The position numbers were made by a program, and so were the translations under genes. The notes under the pieces were generated by a model. The model was not told the origin of the DNA. It saw nothing but the letters and a program-made list of their open reading frames with translations, and searched no databases. Of a DNA stretch of 64,000 bases, positions 32,601 to 34,177 are shown in pieces (the first letter of the stretch is position 1; every line of letters begins with the position of its first letter). This DNA comes from Endomicrobiales bacterium (lineage in GTDB: Bacteria; Elusimicrobiota; Endomicrobiia; Endomicrobiales; CAWCFT01): contig CAWCFT010000006.1 in the NCBI GenBank assembly GCA_963794945.1, positions 117,714-181,713 of the forward strand. Reading direction: 5' to 3'.

Positions 32601-33789
32601 TCTGTTTGAAGTACTTGTAATCGTCAGCGGAGATCTTATTAAGAAGATAGTCCCGGAAATACCCGAAGAAATCAGTCAGGAAGGATACCTCAAGGTCGCT
32701 GATGTCCTGCGACAGGCCTATCCGTATCTCTTCGGTCAGCCTTTTCTCTTCCTGTATCAGGCTTACCGGGTTAAGTTTTCCGCATTGTTCCGAATACTCT
32801 ATAAATCTGTTCAGGTCGGGGAAGTTATTGGCTAGGTCAAGGTTATATTTCCGTGATATGCGGGCTATACCCGAATATAACTCATCCTGCTTTGAAAAAT
32901 TGCCTGTCTTTTCAATCAAAAGAGAATACGCAGAATAAGGCGCCCTCGCTCTAATCACTTCAAGGAACTGCTGCAGCTGACGGGTCACCTTCGTGTAGTC
33001 TAATTGCCTCGCGGCCCGGTCAATCTCAAGATAAGACCCGATGTTCGGGTAGTTATCCATGCTTATCGGCAATACGTTATTGTACCTAGCGGGGTTTTCG
33101 TTAATATTTCTTACATATTTGCTCAAAAGTGAATAGTATTTTGAAGATTCGATACCCCCCGCCCTGTGCTGCTCAATCAGCCGGCTAAACCTCATGTTCT
33201 TTGTGCTTGAATACCTGGCCTGCATAAACTCAAGTTCTTTGCCCAGCTCCTTTATTTTCTGTTCGCAATCCTGCCTGATCTCAAAAACCCTGCCGAGCCT
33301 TACTATATTAGCCTTGTGGACCGCCTCGTCTTCTATTCCTTTAAGTAGATCCGGCCTGTTGGAGAGGCCCGAATAATACTCGCTGCCGGTAAGCCGCCCC
33401 TGGTCAACGAGGCTCTCCATTATCTGTTTCTTTACCGCAGCATCCTTAACTCCGCAGATCCAGGAGGTGTCTATGTTCCCGTACCCGCCTTCAACGTAAA
33501 CATTCTTAAGCCCGTACCTCTGATCCAGCTCGGAAAGTATCTTTGAGATATTTCTCTGAACCTCGGCGTGGCAGTGTAGGTCCTGGATATTGATGACTAT
33601 CTGCCTGCTGTCGAATATTTTGCTGTCCGTGATACGGCCGTAACTCTGAGGCACTATCGTATCCTCAAGGTTTTCGCAAGTAATCGGGCCTTTATTAAAA
33701 TTTAGTGACGCCTGAAGCGTTTCGCTGAGAACAGAGCAAAACACGAAGCATGTCAACGTAACGATTGATATAAACTTTGTAATGTTCAT
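4900..33789 (-). CDS. Giant multidomain protein A (reconstructed, ~9,600 aa, frameshifted in this assembly)
   Basis: 15 co-oriented ORFs overlap, or are bridged by open frames, with no intergenic spacers. Breaks fall inside PLD, QueC-like, metallophosphoesterase, ATP-grasp, HEAT and internal-repeat domains. One signal peptide at the start, one terminator at the end. Confidence 0.8.
5552..11338 (-). CDS. Giant A segment: helical region, GNAT-like domain (tentative), NSPP-HExxE unit, multi-TM region, tandem LOG-family domains, C-terminal conserved domain
   Basis: LOG motifs ITVYGSAR, ILPFEQ, YFPTRK and LPGGFGTMEE (7490-8010); degenerate second LOG copy (6830-7400); IFMGDFVDCCL domain at ~9690-10500; about 8 hydrophobic helices at 8090-8960. 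Confidence 0.75.
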   Translation of the reverse strand: MKASESLIKIAVNRKAYAEKIISVFHEAQNDPDPAVKENILTGLIGLNKETYGKYLQFLAKDRKMRFLFINGLVTRDNLWARKKILEMTEQELETFETLLKGLNDSFSETNDRSGNKVTVNFEYDYAPVVLALEMIVPGAINDMKGLLDSAAKKNNPPSSVTRLIDSLRQALLDKDMSETFISLSQNILSTTAENRAKQGNRKLVKMELSGFVKITALADSFMSLEKADDFKKVLKSFKSGSTDVAQMEQEMCASLRVELLSCLCSVVGIEKNGLKPDMLNKLHLPFAGRLTAARKLFAKTYPHVLPWFEGLIAAVLNDSYWDYVENTSQNGEVGRKIALNNEAGRKAMADAGINVDRYIGKLAEQRMAPRTLEHNGKIYTVRPIMKNPGRDIFMGDFVDCCLGMNSTRSYAMVERLIDEAMNVIEVVDPQGHAVACLWLYIAEDGSLVVQNLEIASEYENMDNKDRFSKWMIDYAADFASYIGAKSFLIGIPGHGKFFRHNDFIPNSYLWQAYADKKIEYGKNKIGKFVDDREYFLDTALKPEAFLVWEKAKGLPITSLGFNVQKLVETLGGFDTLLARFIMSPNVSSAWPLINNGGASNMKTQETGKVLADKIEQSLKSRVKAKIKTHLVELNDIKLVDNPQAKDSCWFAGLGMEEAKGKGTVVTLGVQSLMMNYLKECLKNNSPPEGFESIDKAIDTLVEHEVEEYRFIQKDPVNNTSGKFHELISRDPENSQSKLLNLAIKIKNSVSSDKPLVTENPSVEPAEISDISAHSVNSQNTSKSTVKAINKAGMAISAAFAAISVTIFALHFTDIALPFIMLFATGWVLILGCVAGSKINEMMSKKGGANGARGIAQTGLSFLVPFSAAALLTVTAYLVTGSKMLGFWTIVYRVFAVAIPVGLAALVGKAQSMKGRSFIKNVSAAIKDKGTQKMMLRWMACSMLAGIYFDMSDYGYFVPQTLTHVLGNSTVALMLKSMFDTGFLGIILNTPVAVAVYQILGNKVPLKQVFTGSSATEKFHNIIKNNYSVLGAYTIFWFSAAWIGWIVERLLGNFISFTPGDVLIFFSAYIANTIWTWMMYKFLAPAAGDEVAEINEERNQVLIQNYKWEPSITVYGSARIRRGHYIYELGKQVGAIVCKFGHAVRTGAAYNSLMSSAPEGYLQMRAKYKITNPDRKTMKTQGVNIILPFEQKSAIECEEHYDAKYFPTRKLGLYSNLLGDIALPGGFGTMEEVLETEEQGIPVIMVNKEFWKPILDVIDTEVGTNMSRKVTDNPETAVKRISLSDRAKKNNYYRITEPDVRRDSEELVSVMKKIKSEPEAVVIAGRPLKNSIESGFYKKLVSNLANSGDNIRICSPGEALDTVYGDEEFMAKYSKQLFAAVYSGSYRGAAENTVIYDNNIVVTKSITNHLFYMHTNAKAYVFLPSPGDIGAVARLFAMLTSMQTGKMPKKPIVLIGKNFWQPIISVVENQLLREHDPKLVSAGDFDLMHIVSSPEEALNYIQGINEPAALAAETNNAKAGMKLSPETAPKLIDNTAIKVQTPNVNKRNAGIGAVARLKDGLNNIVEWARNVISRMLNPLPARKSAVARALVDWHYVSPSGLERAVRQFGAAKTDANGEVHTNIYLMGQMPADPDSWGLRSTGMMVDGKQVWASTAAGALVVFAEGRDNDNLAETMSGMLLNRGKISASRKFSGRFSEFLRMVNVDVDAGGLRPGIIVDHTQSGRKISYNGLGSMVVTADLFADDGGVTNEAAVSAKLGELITIRNAESAAMPQNIYIDLDGLANIKEFMSNLEVFNKAGNSQMIVDPAVFAGLEDSKISSIAELARKSGVRICVDLSSGDSLKDHYRELGFAGYVETLGGETKMYDFASGGAGVGAETIRGYESAEMLKSRLIGSRAGLQDTEPQRPQRPVERRRKVDNRQGGAHRNT
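11424..12767 (-). CDS. Giant A segment: ATP-grasp C-terminal part plus HEAT repeats
   Basis: (DFAG)VDII...VIEVNG; HEAT-like units AAAALGNIG, AARELGLIA and AASALGGVG. The repeat continues across the gap as ALAPALSDNEPVVRVKASESL. Confidence 0.75.
   Translation of the reverse strand: MDIIARDAEGVLMPVVIEVNGRNSGGLWHYDEYQIGKKDNKSVGPPARLFARTMFRRALEYKRFLDKKIQNTINPAKEAPREQVINSPIFNPTSSAEGPAIQVNQQNANSENNQDEKPSPAALHLPPSAEGAGIKEILQAFYSQLKESPSPSAIADAAAALGNIGSREDISDDTAREIAAVLQGALKGAFQNVQIKISQSLCKIGRRKNISKEIQKYLVSILDGNDKGVMRESILGGLERMASQVGAERPVIEEITGILRQVLEEGNYEAQEGAARELGLIALNLEARDNDILINDIIPALSKATITNDDLHVRLIAYDAWEDILNSEKVSDEIIDKIMSLLREGLRSSTPIVATRASERLIDMAGSEGASELVIRKVMAILREANNDGADEPLRLKVVATMPKLWHVQALREDIVKELRNALAAPNVSVKTYAASALGGVGKRGKL
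12827..13666 (-). CDS. Giant A segment: ATP-grasp ligase domain (RimK/YheCD-like)
   Basis: NKIKTNWALEEAGVP, VVVKPAGGSQGKG, IMEERI, NFRVLV and NISQ. Confidence 0.8.
   Translation of the reverse strand: MLKLKRPFLWIGQPAVTFASACLISRSLLRLIISPPAQAGTCPHISKISVPLSESRLFEALATNKIKTNWALEEAGVPTSEGIAFIRSAAISKYPMIAEKTEARTRPVQLSESTVIEDILPYISNFRQKHLSVVVKPAGGSQGKGVRIFADTANDNEIARHILELLTKQRKVRKAGVMTADLGDDVIMEERIAPRYFKEKRSWVDWNFRVLVSRDRSGSMAVSALVVRCGVRGKAINISQKAFTTDFKELVLAAGPFASGSRGFQGSRRKNSVKCCARS
13476..14624 (-). CDS. Giant A segment: NSPP-HExxE repeat copy 2 plus region preceding the ATP-grasp
   Basis: IDTMNSPP...LHVILPRQFKEKYSDKIIPAATLALIHEYLESTGKTH, paralogous to 15750-16120. Confidence 0.65.
   Translation of the reverse strand: MTLRLKLLALEGNIEFDAELTKAVLDQPLLEQFKGRVIIDTMNSPPQKNEDSVFNFRSVTYSKDKHGILHVILPRQFKEKYSDKIIPAATLALIHEYLESTGKTHEEAVRLGFDLELLNLSREELQNIIEKHLWELLNNSEISSGISGSLPAVFEPKPGADIDNAASAQFEEGEESFEIGPIEDETAEEPGGIVIDFGRGNQVNVSQEETTYIIPPEGEPFQIKSGRSEPLPELTALKLSSYIRKSGYSGVFRSVSDSAALLNHNPNAVNIILAQSHTSIVHNTLSLMLELRRQARALNRPANILMILDPHWLSADTDGRVKIKKALFMDRATSRNFRLSLLNFKEPVEAHYIATRASGHLPSHFQDQRAAFRKPPVRSSGH
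14593..15459 (-). CDS. Giant A segment: putative PD-(D/E)XK nuclease-like domain
   Basis: LLYE...KEFDAISDNTVFEAKF fits an E...D...ExK pattern. Confidence 0.5.
   Translation of the reverse strand: MLGISGDISLLYEIVVVRGSVLKSVNFGKLEAINKVVEVSPGLEKEFDAISDNTVFEAKFHITLKKLYQQVLGETPVKLSHLKVLSDRKFSNIRNLVYQGENEGGNTVKAVIEFLKHRPEYLKEISVTDKGMSIKIALADMKDFLFNPDIISLFRNEGRSGSANYIPKNIEYKHAYMEKLIDNKLKQLKGDKFDVIIAVSNALPEDMETLNDMISVKESQAEDRSQYAQETQSISNSLSGVNFWLAVGVSLMVNKRIYDPFVKEVNEYASGRAAGVIAHDLAVKAVGA
15368..17659 (-). CDS. Giant A segment: multi-pass membrane region (about 6 TM, transporter-like) plus NGPP-HExxE repeat copy 1
   Basis: Hydrophobic helices at ~16620-17360; IDMMNGPP...IHEYLEATGKTH. Confidence 0.65.
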   Translation of the reverse strand: MRSIIENSRPSEVLFIFENEEENMPADEELEKLFSADTFFFMPKFSKVAVKAAEFDAIKQKAVSYGTALLEVSNPGLVLMKENMLTFANKRLIYFKALAYNKLVRVSEISWAASTFVNSLLVGMILPTILTYAANIGVLNIYNLVLEVIEASVIIIACTFATNRVVNIQMMRADNRTDMIKGHIWEKKIQNEKGVKRLSKYFIYNAVLNVVSCLLFFALVPASIYGKMQFGGLLFSLVPTVYLAIFLGQNILYLVLSNLEGFYLTEITEGAILSNEDSIKKGFAKQNKNIENYSQIMRGVIGGGGMLLGIGFLKLGLNDAIVPTILISSVISMMSGFIIPLFSGDSSVGLEFNTRSFLGSKNENELRAGKNITLSFKPDDPRITNVMPVPLGKNRSWLPWAKMLKTTLTYSVKPKIKKIANRIEISGDKEDPLITVRKRSGIMKNPEDVLSLEPAGDSWVVSFAPEKKGARGSLSGVNIWRAVGNVLISRFGADNPIAGEIINYASSRSKEAIDHGLAVEAFTALGGNITPDTELTEAVFSQPLLTKLKGKVVIDMMNGPPLKLAVNKSRKIKEEKIVWFSKDENSVLHVVLPQQFKEEYSDKIIPAATLAVIHEYLEATGKTHSEVVDLGFGSELLSYPENALQKTIKKNLEELDRENNPAYNVSAEYGIPAETFNRIKKFQNNDFSYLRLIRKVRALLDYDGPSKELVHDKVVKDIYKMSEACKREQAAQRCVGDFRGHFASIRNSCCPRFRAEKRQFWQT
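18025..19200 (-). CDS. Giant A segment: metallophosphoesterase C-terminal part plus membrane spacer
   Basis: FFGHTH completes the calcineurin-like motif set begun upstream; YANDGAW; later hydrophobic hairpin ending NVLTHATYF. Confidence 0.6.
   Translation of the reverse strand: MKMGREKAVLNIFFGHTHEIPTVFSGPVHNFLSHFTSSRAGYANDGAWAVRTKLDNYLPWPGRKDITKESFGIEKGLNRDVDKPDIVPVIGDSLLITFEGTVRLLRGCAYAAGGDEFVKEYLDGAPETAGQPQAPGSGQFEYNENRSKGTENTFSRGTTSLPENQASVDFLRAEGYSEFTIGLFIGVKEFFKSFHPSYRKRHYPPGKAPAWYKDKRSIEVSMNWASTLVGTVLPFPGATFILNVLTHATYFALFKENPQVLPGTQAVGQEELSAVNVPAGLENKKQMNLFEALAYLKSVKNINAAAAENEGGATGVLKTGQVRAENNGNKSLNSALKIVFTFAFLFVAPITLYSMTGLGGSLSGLMSSPLVGLASLACGVARNFIYSQRNI
19311..19589 (-). CDS. Giant A segment: middle of the metallophosphoesterase domain
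   Basis: LYFEHGHVSD motif lies between GNHD (upstream) and GHTH (downstream). Confidence 0.6.
   Translation of the reverse strand: MDESVTEQENQAAAQGLVSMLRDSRENLNQKVQEDLNAEVVRYYFDAERGLYFEHGHVSDGALNNNPAVPAMVLASRLDRQTYLEPRRGYYS
19656..22688 (-). CDS. Giant A segment: phospholipase D (two HKD motifs), TM spacer, calcineurin-like metallophosphoesterase N-terminal part
   Basis: HNKFTVYVD...GSTNW and HDKIIVIDP...GSHNLG; NFSDVHAG, GDFID and GNHD. Confidence 0.85.
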   Translation of the reverse strand: MPDGQPSYQALLGHINTPGDSMRGELAGQMIEALNILVKRAEQEGGECYLALYELNDPELLEMLKGNKKLHIILSNTGQDDATDVEARQSLHDSGVDIYDRMLTSGHIGHNKFTVYVDKNGNAQAVATGSTNWTSTALCAQSNNTLIIEDPNYASAFKDYWERLKADGAEQSAEFRSRNNEEIPPLMVDGSELSLYFSPNTQLKNKPQKDPEEPADMAAVADAIRSAKESVLFLAFQPGSPSFMDVIAEAQEKNPSLFVRGAVTDPKATAHYVSLFHGSMEQADSVVTASAVNAQDQFGYWQQELLKSSPGAHAIIHDKIIVIDPFTDNCKVITGSHNLGYRASYNNDENLTIIKNDRELAQMYAAHALDVYDHYRWRYQLQKINNPVRAYNGLDPIDVWQNKYYSQNTIANKSMAVWFDTIKAKENGALTTDWSYKHGRRLGWSARITELIMPLIPVWNIADITAHTASLVRGKAGLGKFRGWGAAGIWALTLLAGLGAYFGFEHSILAASVAAYIANSISHFIYNIFFPGNTLTVGELQIETPAEARKQTAANKTLGDNKTPVKIQPPFMLEIIEALNNPEISSRLLRLAKSDVNNFHNNVEDLLVKMSKAGKTGAAKALETFIGRLRPQKSKNITALEPEGIEGEYTQQVKTGDKTLSLTLAAKKFDYHSRLGRTWQDKAENNYIYTQQINPNEPTYIGVSGQDRSFVSEYVRVLVSAGFFWNEMMEKDLLFVINGGSVEVFEGDKAKPRPDLSAEANIVLKKTRISMSRLEKEDSEKKEYLKRLEGIEFFNGKLPQETGTAGFASGLAESGKYLAVCGRIDQRESQYLVEELNARCAQTIGRLGHVLVKFEGEGFSVESENADASAVKDVERFVRGFYTILNFSDVHAGSPYKFGLQKETELIQLLDKAVANRSLVIINGDFIDFWQEKYGKTKKAHQALFDKLKQARRVIYIAGNHDRVIHPDFLEGAKKELLETAKKHVIVLGPKAEALERLAALPSVKDFIRG
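21075..21405 (-). repeat. TM-spacer repeat copy C in giant A
   Basis: LTTDWSY..G..LGW...MPLIPVWNIADITAHT...ANSISHFIYNIFFPGNTLTVGE; aligns at DNA level with 26680-27010. Confidence 0.85.
22643..25471 (-). CDS. Giant A segment: QueC-like C-terminal Cys motif, PHP domain copy 2, TM spacer, PLD N-terminal part
   Basis: CGVCGKC; IDMHMHTATGSDG, ITDHNT, LAHP and ESDDHG; AYANNDVAFIAW...CLGFAVYR...PVQRFNWRD. Confidence 0.8.
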   Translation of the reverse strand: MRSYEEESWYAETVQSNNALEKLFKQKGMGLKISPINKMSEEELIRQFIIKYPQIFKLTSPCVLSSDMYTIKKNWFMKKFPEFPLFEGTCGVCGKCIQLNMARLLYDPEVVKLPESVKRKVAQYYIVRSRQDPASSFVEKELLAKLEERWGESAPKASNVDTDHEAGHTLRKNKIDPAPNVPAAGPALAIENPSDKNVSRRKINDALTELFGNSRFKIGSAITDADRENGMIDMHMHTATGSDGAVTAIDQVKAAIGAGVQVLQITDHNTFAGYLSAKPFVDAYNSNKPVEDRIVLVPAAEITLKNVHDNTEKGTKYDMVISNVSPDEMGIIEPLSEKHRRKAEIRRELLTGVLKKIFKHGSLKLQKFDIDFEAADNAFEAVTGLRFKDIGVNKKDIYLRKTASLEEIEKAFEIKEGSNPGKFRIAENVMKIMLSDKSYELIRRKVIGVAGRKSTVFIDLLNHYYDDAKYMKKALNKDGFQQPILTNKELIETVHQYGGKVILAHPMLYYPLGPELMGALRAKMNDGELEKLVEQRIFDGKDQNLNMLIALIAECKSYGLDGISVNYLYSGVGKENDLNRIAKIISDHFNFSYTPAAESDDHGPILGSKEFVLVGTVAGVPEKKALIEFKKKWFNTIEEERAITAGPELSKHTDKALITGWSYAMGRRLGWDKRATELRMPWVPVWGIADSFAHTGLLIAAGIAKLLDIKNQKLQDMAGLDRFRGTGAAIIFKATQLAAFVTYLYFGHSILTATAAAYLANSITHYLYNLIFKRHSLTVGTEEGEAASLKRAVAYANNDVAFIAWQYPEKIPNCLGFAVYRTDAKTGNRVILPAWVGFKGQKNDKWEPKDTSIWPVQRFNWRDLEAERGASYVYEVVPMIGKPGDLKPDTANTLKTGQVTVSPGAGKIKAFFNRGYFQRNRWLIDYRKCPMDNRVTRPFLAT
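23130..23500 (-). repeat. TM-spacer repeat copy B in giant A
   Basis: LITGWSYAMGRRLGW...MPWVPVWGIADSFAHT...ANSITHYLYNLIFKRHSLTVG. Confidence 0.8.
25378..25572 (-). CDS. Giant A segment: middle of the QueC-like domain
   Basis: RDALIYALLLPIAYEKGADEIL bridges the SGGKDS and CGVCGKC halves via two single-base shifts. Confidence 0.55.
   Translation of the reverse strand: MRNGSRGNGFQVRDALIYALLLPIAYEKGADEILCALMKRSHGTQKLCKATTRWKNFSNKRAWA
25577..27934 (-). CDS. Giant A segment: HAD-like phosphatase (DUF2608-like), TM spacer, orphan domain, PP-loop (QueC-like) N-terminal part
   Basis: YFDFDLTL, GLTAR, NK and IEDS (HAD motifs I-IV); STLSGGKDS PP-loop. Confidence 0.8.
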   Translation of the reverse strand: MPAASYENINGLGLVDYAKKLRAENGMNRLYFDFDLTLFRSMGYISSSKWFENVDKEYGFDKARNWWGWNRDSHERRQMANGFFFRRMDDELPRMLKEFKEAGFELVGLTAREPAMDEQRTREILDALDMHFEKIIFTNGSQNKAGKLDEFELANDGGKGKVNGLYIEDSFKNLKLVLPGRPHISGIYYHVANAGDEDNWDSAAYVRKGDEAMAAGNTAHAFEYYFNAVIKAVELAGITREQAYLALGEIYKKLEAMPAPKPAGYDQLHQLVEIAKDGRSYLFNDEAGRALRAKNLNLTSRLPDVADNVLTTSWSYWLGEKLGMREHTTQLAMPLIPVWNIVDITAHTVSLVRGKAGLGKFRGWGAAGIWALTLLAGVGAYFGFEHSILAASVAAYLANSISHFVYNLFFPGNTLTVGEIHSKVLFDTPDTRDNPNTAGKNELTAIGSPSLNYDSGRNLAEGMNLPDEKDRGTGVHKGKRTNELETVEINGKQYIKGYKIVTEGNQSLGLKENPNVFTFSMNKWNYLPKEWVEAGNRDWGGVWVNTSLSQARALQRYMWETYKKRMRLLEVAVDRELYSNDDSLKTNAIYPINEIKDSIYVVRDGNGMAILEDGPRQRLGMVNDLSEYSKGSESSKYFSEFEKNNQIAWCKNLNPTIKGLIDNFLLFYAFADAKPNGTIKEIFTDIPVDEDALVWLKGLYDYFGQPMPGITGPKTKFAPVPGYKASGIKLSTLSGGKDSAFITLENNTIPVHIANINKATQTRELKSVSILSEKLPNKPLVVPLN
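26680..27010 (-). repeat. TM-spacer repeat copy A in giant A
   Basis: LTTSWSYWLGEKLG...MPLIPVWNIVDITAHT...ANSISHFVYNLFFPGNTLTVGE. Confidence 0.85.
27915..29600 (-). CDS. Giant A segment: cyclic-nucleotide-binding domain plus Pol-beta-type minimal nucleotidyltransferase
   Basis: FIEEGIKGDKIFLIDQGEVEV...GECVGEMSL...NATC (cNMP); LYGS...RDIDVIAV...LD (NTase). Confidence 0.8.
   Translation of the reverse strand: MLSRASAMRASGCAKTINCIGAVSKETSVINSNDGEIILVGQTKTAKAPEFVQANVGETADKKTTLASRIGKMEIFSSLPLKTRELIASYVSEETLEAGSEPAVFIEEGIKGDKIFLIDQGEVEVVKNVNGAEKYLETRKAGECVGEMSLFEKDYSPNATCRVKPGEQAVFLTMKKKDFEHIIARYPGVKYAAERILKDRILTTLRESATLGEIKYIFTELNGLKVLTPGNLSVNEEYMAFVPEMGNENTWFIYDKWGVGEHPRETGFDEAFNSFSARKTSQGASAGDIKTLNQRLKKLKELLPFIEKQLNGHKVLSVCLYGSILKAEKNPRDIDVIAVIDDPAVKEARVQPVLKLDIPGIPRKLDCITVGKEYLLSHQERVNSVLFAWYLGRMVWGDDIYNSAGTPSPKNALMWAKIFLDKTFLTHMNRSQEVGLEKIKQRIGQILKVLHENMEITPGMNKYEKEIDSYLSRGDVEKAFYSAYKYLEVLRAGILPAGEDGQPAPARAGVQGITYKIIAKPGVSERTDNSNKTAADVFGGGEFDAQDPLVKEGRHSAGGLL
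29557..33789 (-). CDS. Giant A N-terminal segment: signal peptide, conserved IQDLHC domain, PHP domain copy 1, degenerate MBL-like region
   Basis: MNITKFISIVTLTCFVFCSVLS leader; IQDLHCHAEVQ, YVEGG, RRNECF and TGGFHT; PHP motifs IDLHMHDSDG, TNHDT, LTHP and ETDCHG. Confidence 0.85.
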   Translation of the reverse strand: MNITKFISIVTLTCFVFCSVLSETLQASLNFNKGPITCENLEDTIVPQSYGRITDSKIFDSRQIVINIQDLHCHAEVQRNISKILSELDQRYGLKNVYVEGGYGNIDTSWICGVKDAAVKKQIMESLVDQGRLTGSEYYSGLSNRPDLLKGIEDEAVHKANIVRLGRVFEIRQDCEQKIKELGKELEFMQARYSSTKNMRFSRLIEQHRAGGIESSKYYSLLSKYVRNINENPARYNNVLPISMDNYPNIGSYLEIDRAARQLDYTKVTRQLQQFLEVIRARAPYSAYSLLIEKTGNFSKQDELYSGIARISRKYNLDLANNFPDLNRFIEYSEQCGKLNPVSLIQEEKRLTEEIRIGLSQDISDLEVSFLTDFFGYFRDYLLNKISADDYKYFKQRFEKFDSVWNKYSYDSKIKDLTKYFGLLNDFYECNCRRNECFIKNLPLTGMRISKDVAKSAADNTLSEQLKKSEIIVVITGGFHTEDLKKILRDRQISYLAVTPNITTGADGSGIIYAELAKQQAKLFGTNALALALGSMGAKVIDIDKDRIIVELNGERIQITADEKKRFNISDVLAKIEEKTKTTFNPQAVKAALSEFNKITAAMEIFVNPLASTELIYKLLKTFAVYGAQKDLFGSDGLIFKIANDRNVQEAIENYEHVPMRELSAFPEILQQITADNAVVKENLLELAKSPIQRALVEAIDNPFVSSKLLSLGKLDKYALLQMIKSDALEALYANSKFKVGPEITETDRKNGMIDLHMHDSDGFDGTATVEEQIQNAVDAGDQVIQLTNHDTVFSLERAEKYVNEINKNRQLEDKIVLVPAVEIELRGKEDNGAVKTTGIEIVASNINVNRTAQMLAKYFSADKARLLNRVLNDYFYGLIASGNFKIDLQEADSLLAGKSMKTLADIGLSQKDFIIRPLSDIDLAELKQFLTVKEEINPSRTRTAEGVLYRVLTPSSFKIVTKKVSDNIGRAVPVYQALMGKNFSLYGNNEVLKQTLDGYADKNEFMSTKRLIFEIHKQGGKAILTHPMRYFGIDRQQDVINAVDNFNDNGLSEFIENQINKDGSGISKVYGIMKEYKSYGLDGISVNYLYSGTASRNNNLNRIAKILADKLEFKYLPAGETDCHGPYLNDRANIVVGTAGGVPDRDALIAFKKKWFKAVEEQEKIESSGPAEHTNPLGRNTGIAGSSPVTLEKGMTAVPFKESGGSPASLLISARNADNHLVEFVIDPRGDIETKLQEKGVSTDIDYVVLTRYDEKTLAQAVKMALNGSFIIAPQELKKELEPAISRMNTKEYTDIRNFVYFTDDFIDRYFDSDGRRFFLPGGLSVEFLKGRHKDYMVKLRNDPEAGGNTLVYVPAFSKEQLSDNNSADFIFGEPVKYPSDIIITGKIETERYWRYAQQGLCNARQRLR

Positions 33790-34177
33790 AGTTTTTACTG
33801 ATAGTAATAGATCGCCAAAAATGTGTGGTTAGTGTTTATTAGGTAGAGTTTATAAAATGTATGTTAAAGCAATATTAATTTACGGTGATAATTATGTTAA
33901 GGGCCATTTTTGGAAACAGAATCTTTATTAATAATTCCTTAATACTGACTTAATATATTTTCTATAGACTATACTTGATTCAAAATTTGTACCGCATTCT
34001 GAATAAAACATTTGCATCCATTAAGGTTTGTATGTGTTTTCCTTCCTTGCGTTATGCTTTAGCAACATCGGCACGTAGATAAACGGCTGCAGTTATTATT
34101 TCATCAATGCACCGGAATTGAAGCAACAGATCAGAATAGTTCTTCATATAACTATTTTTACTACGGGAGTTACCATT
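33790..34177. promoter_or_regulatory. AT-rich divergent intergenic control region between the two giant genes
   Basis: The only non-coding gap between 4900 and 58089; AT-rich; genes point away on both sides. Individual promoters not resolved. Confidence 0.55.

Noticed and set aside
5564..33376. Numerous short plus-strand ORFs opposite giant A (and minus-strand ORFs opposite giant B)
   Set aside because: Antisense shadows of long coding frames with no recognisable motifs.
4900..33789. Operon of 15 separate genes, or a decayed pseudogene
   Set aside because: Breaks fall mid-domain, internal ORFs lack evident RBS or spacers, and catalytic motifs are mostly intact. Repeats show synonymous-type divergence, and housekeeping genes carry the same indels. 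Not fully excluded without reads.
34118..34177. TTG start at 34118 from the ORF track
   Set aside because: No RBS. ATG 34178 has GGGAG, and ATG 34274 begins the signal peptide that matches giant A.
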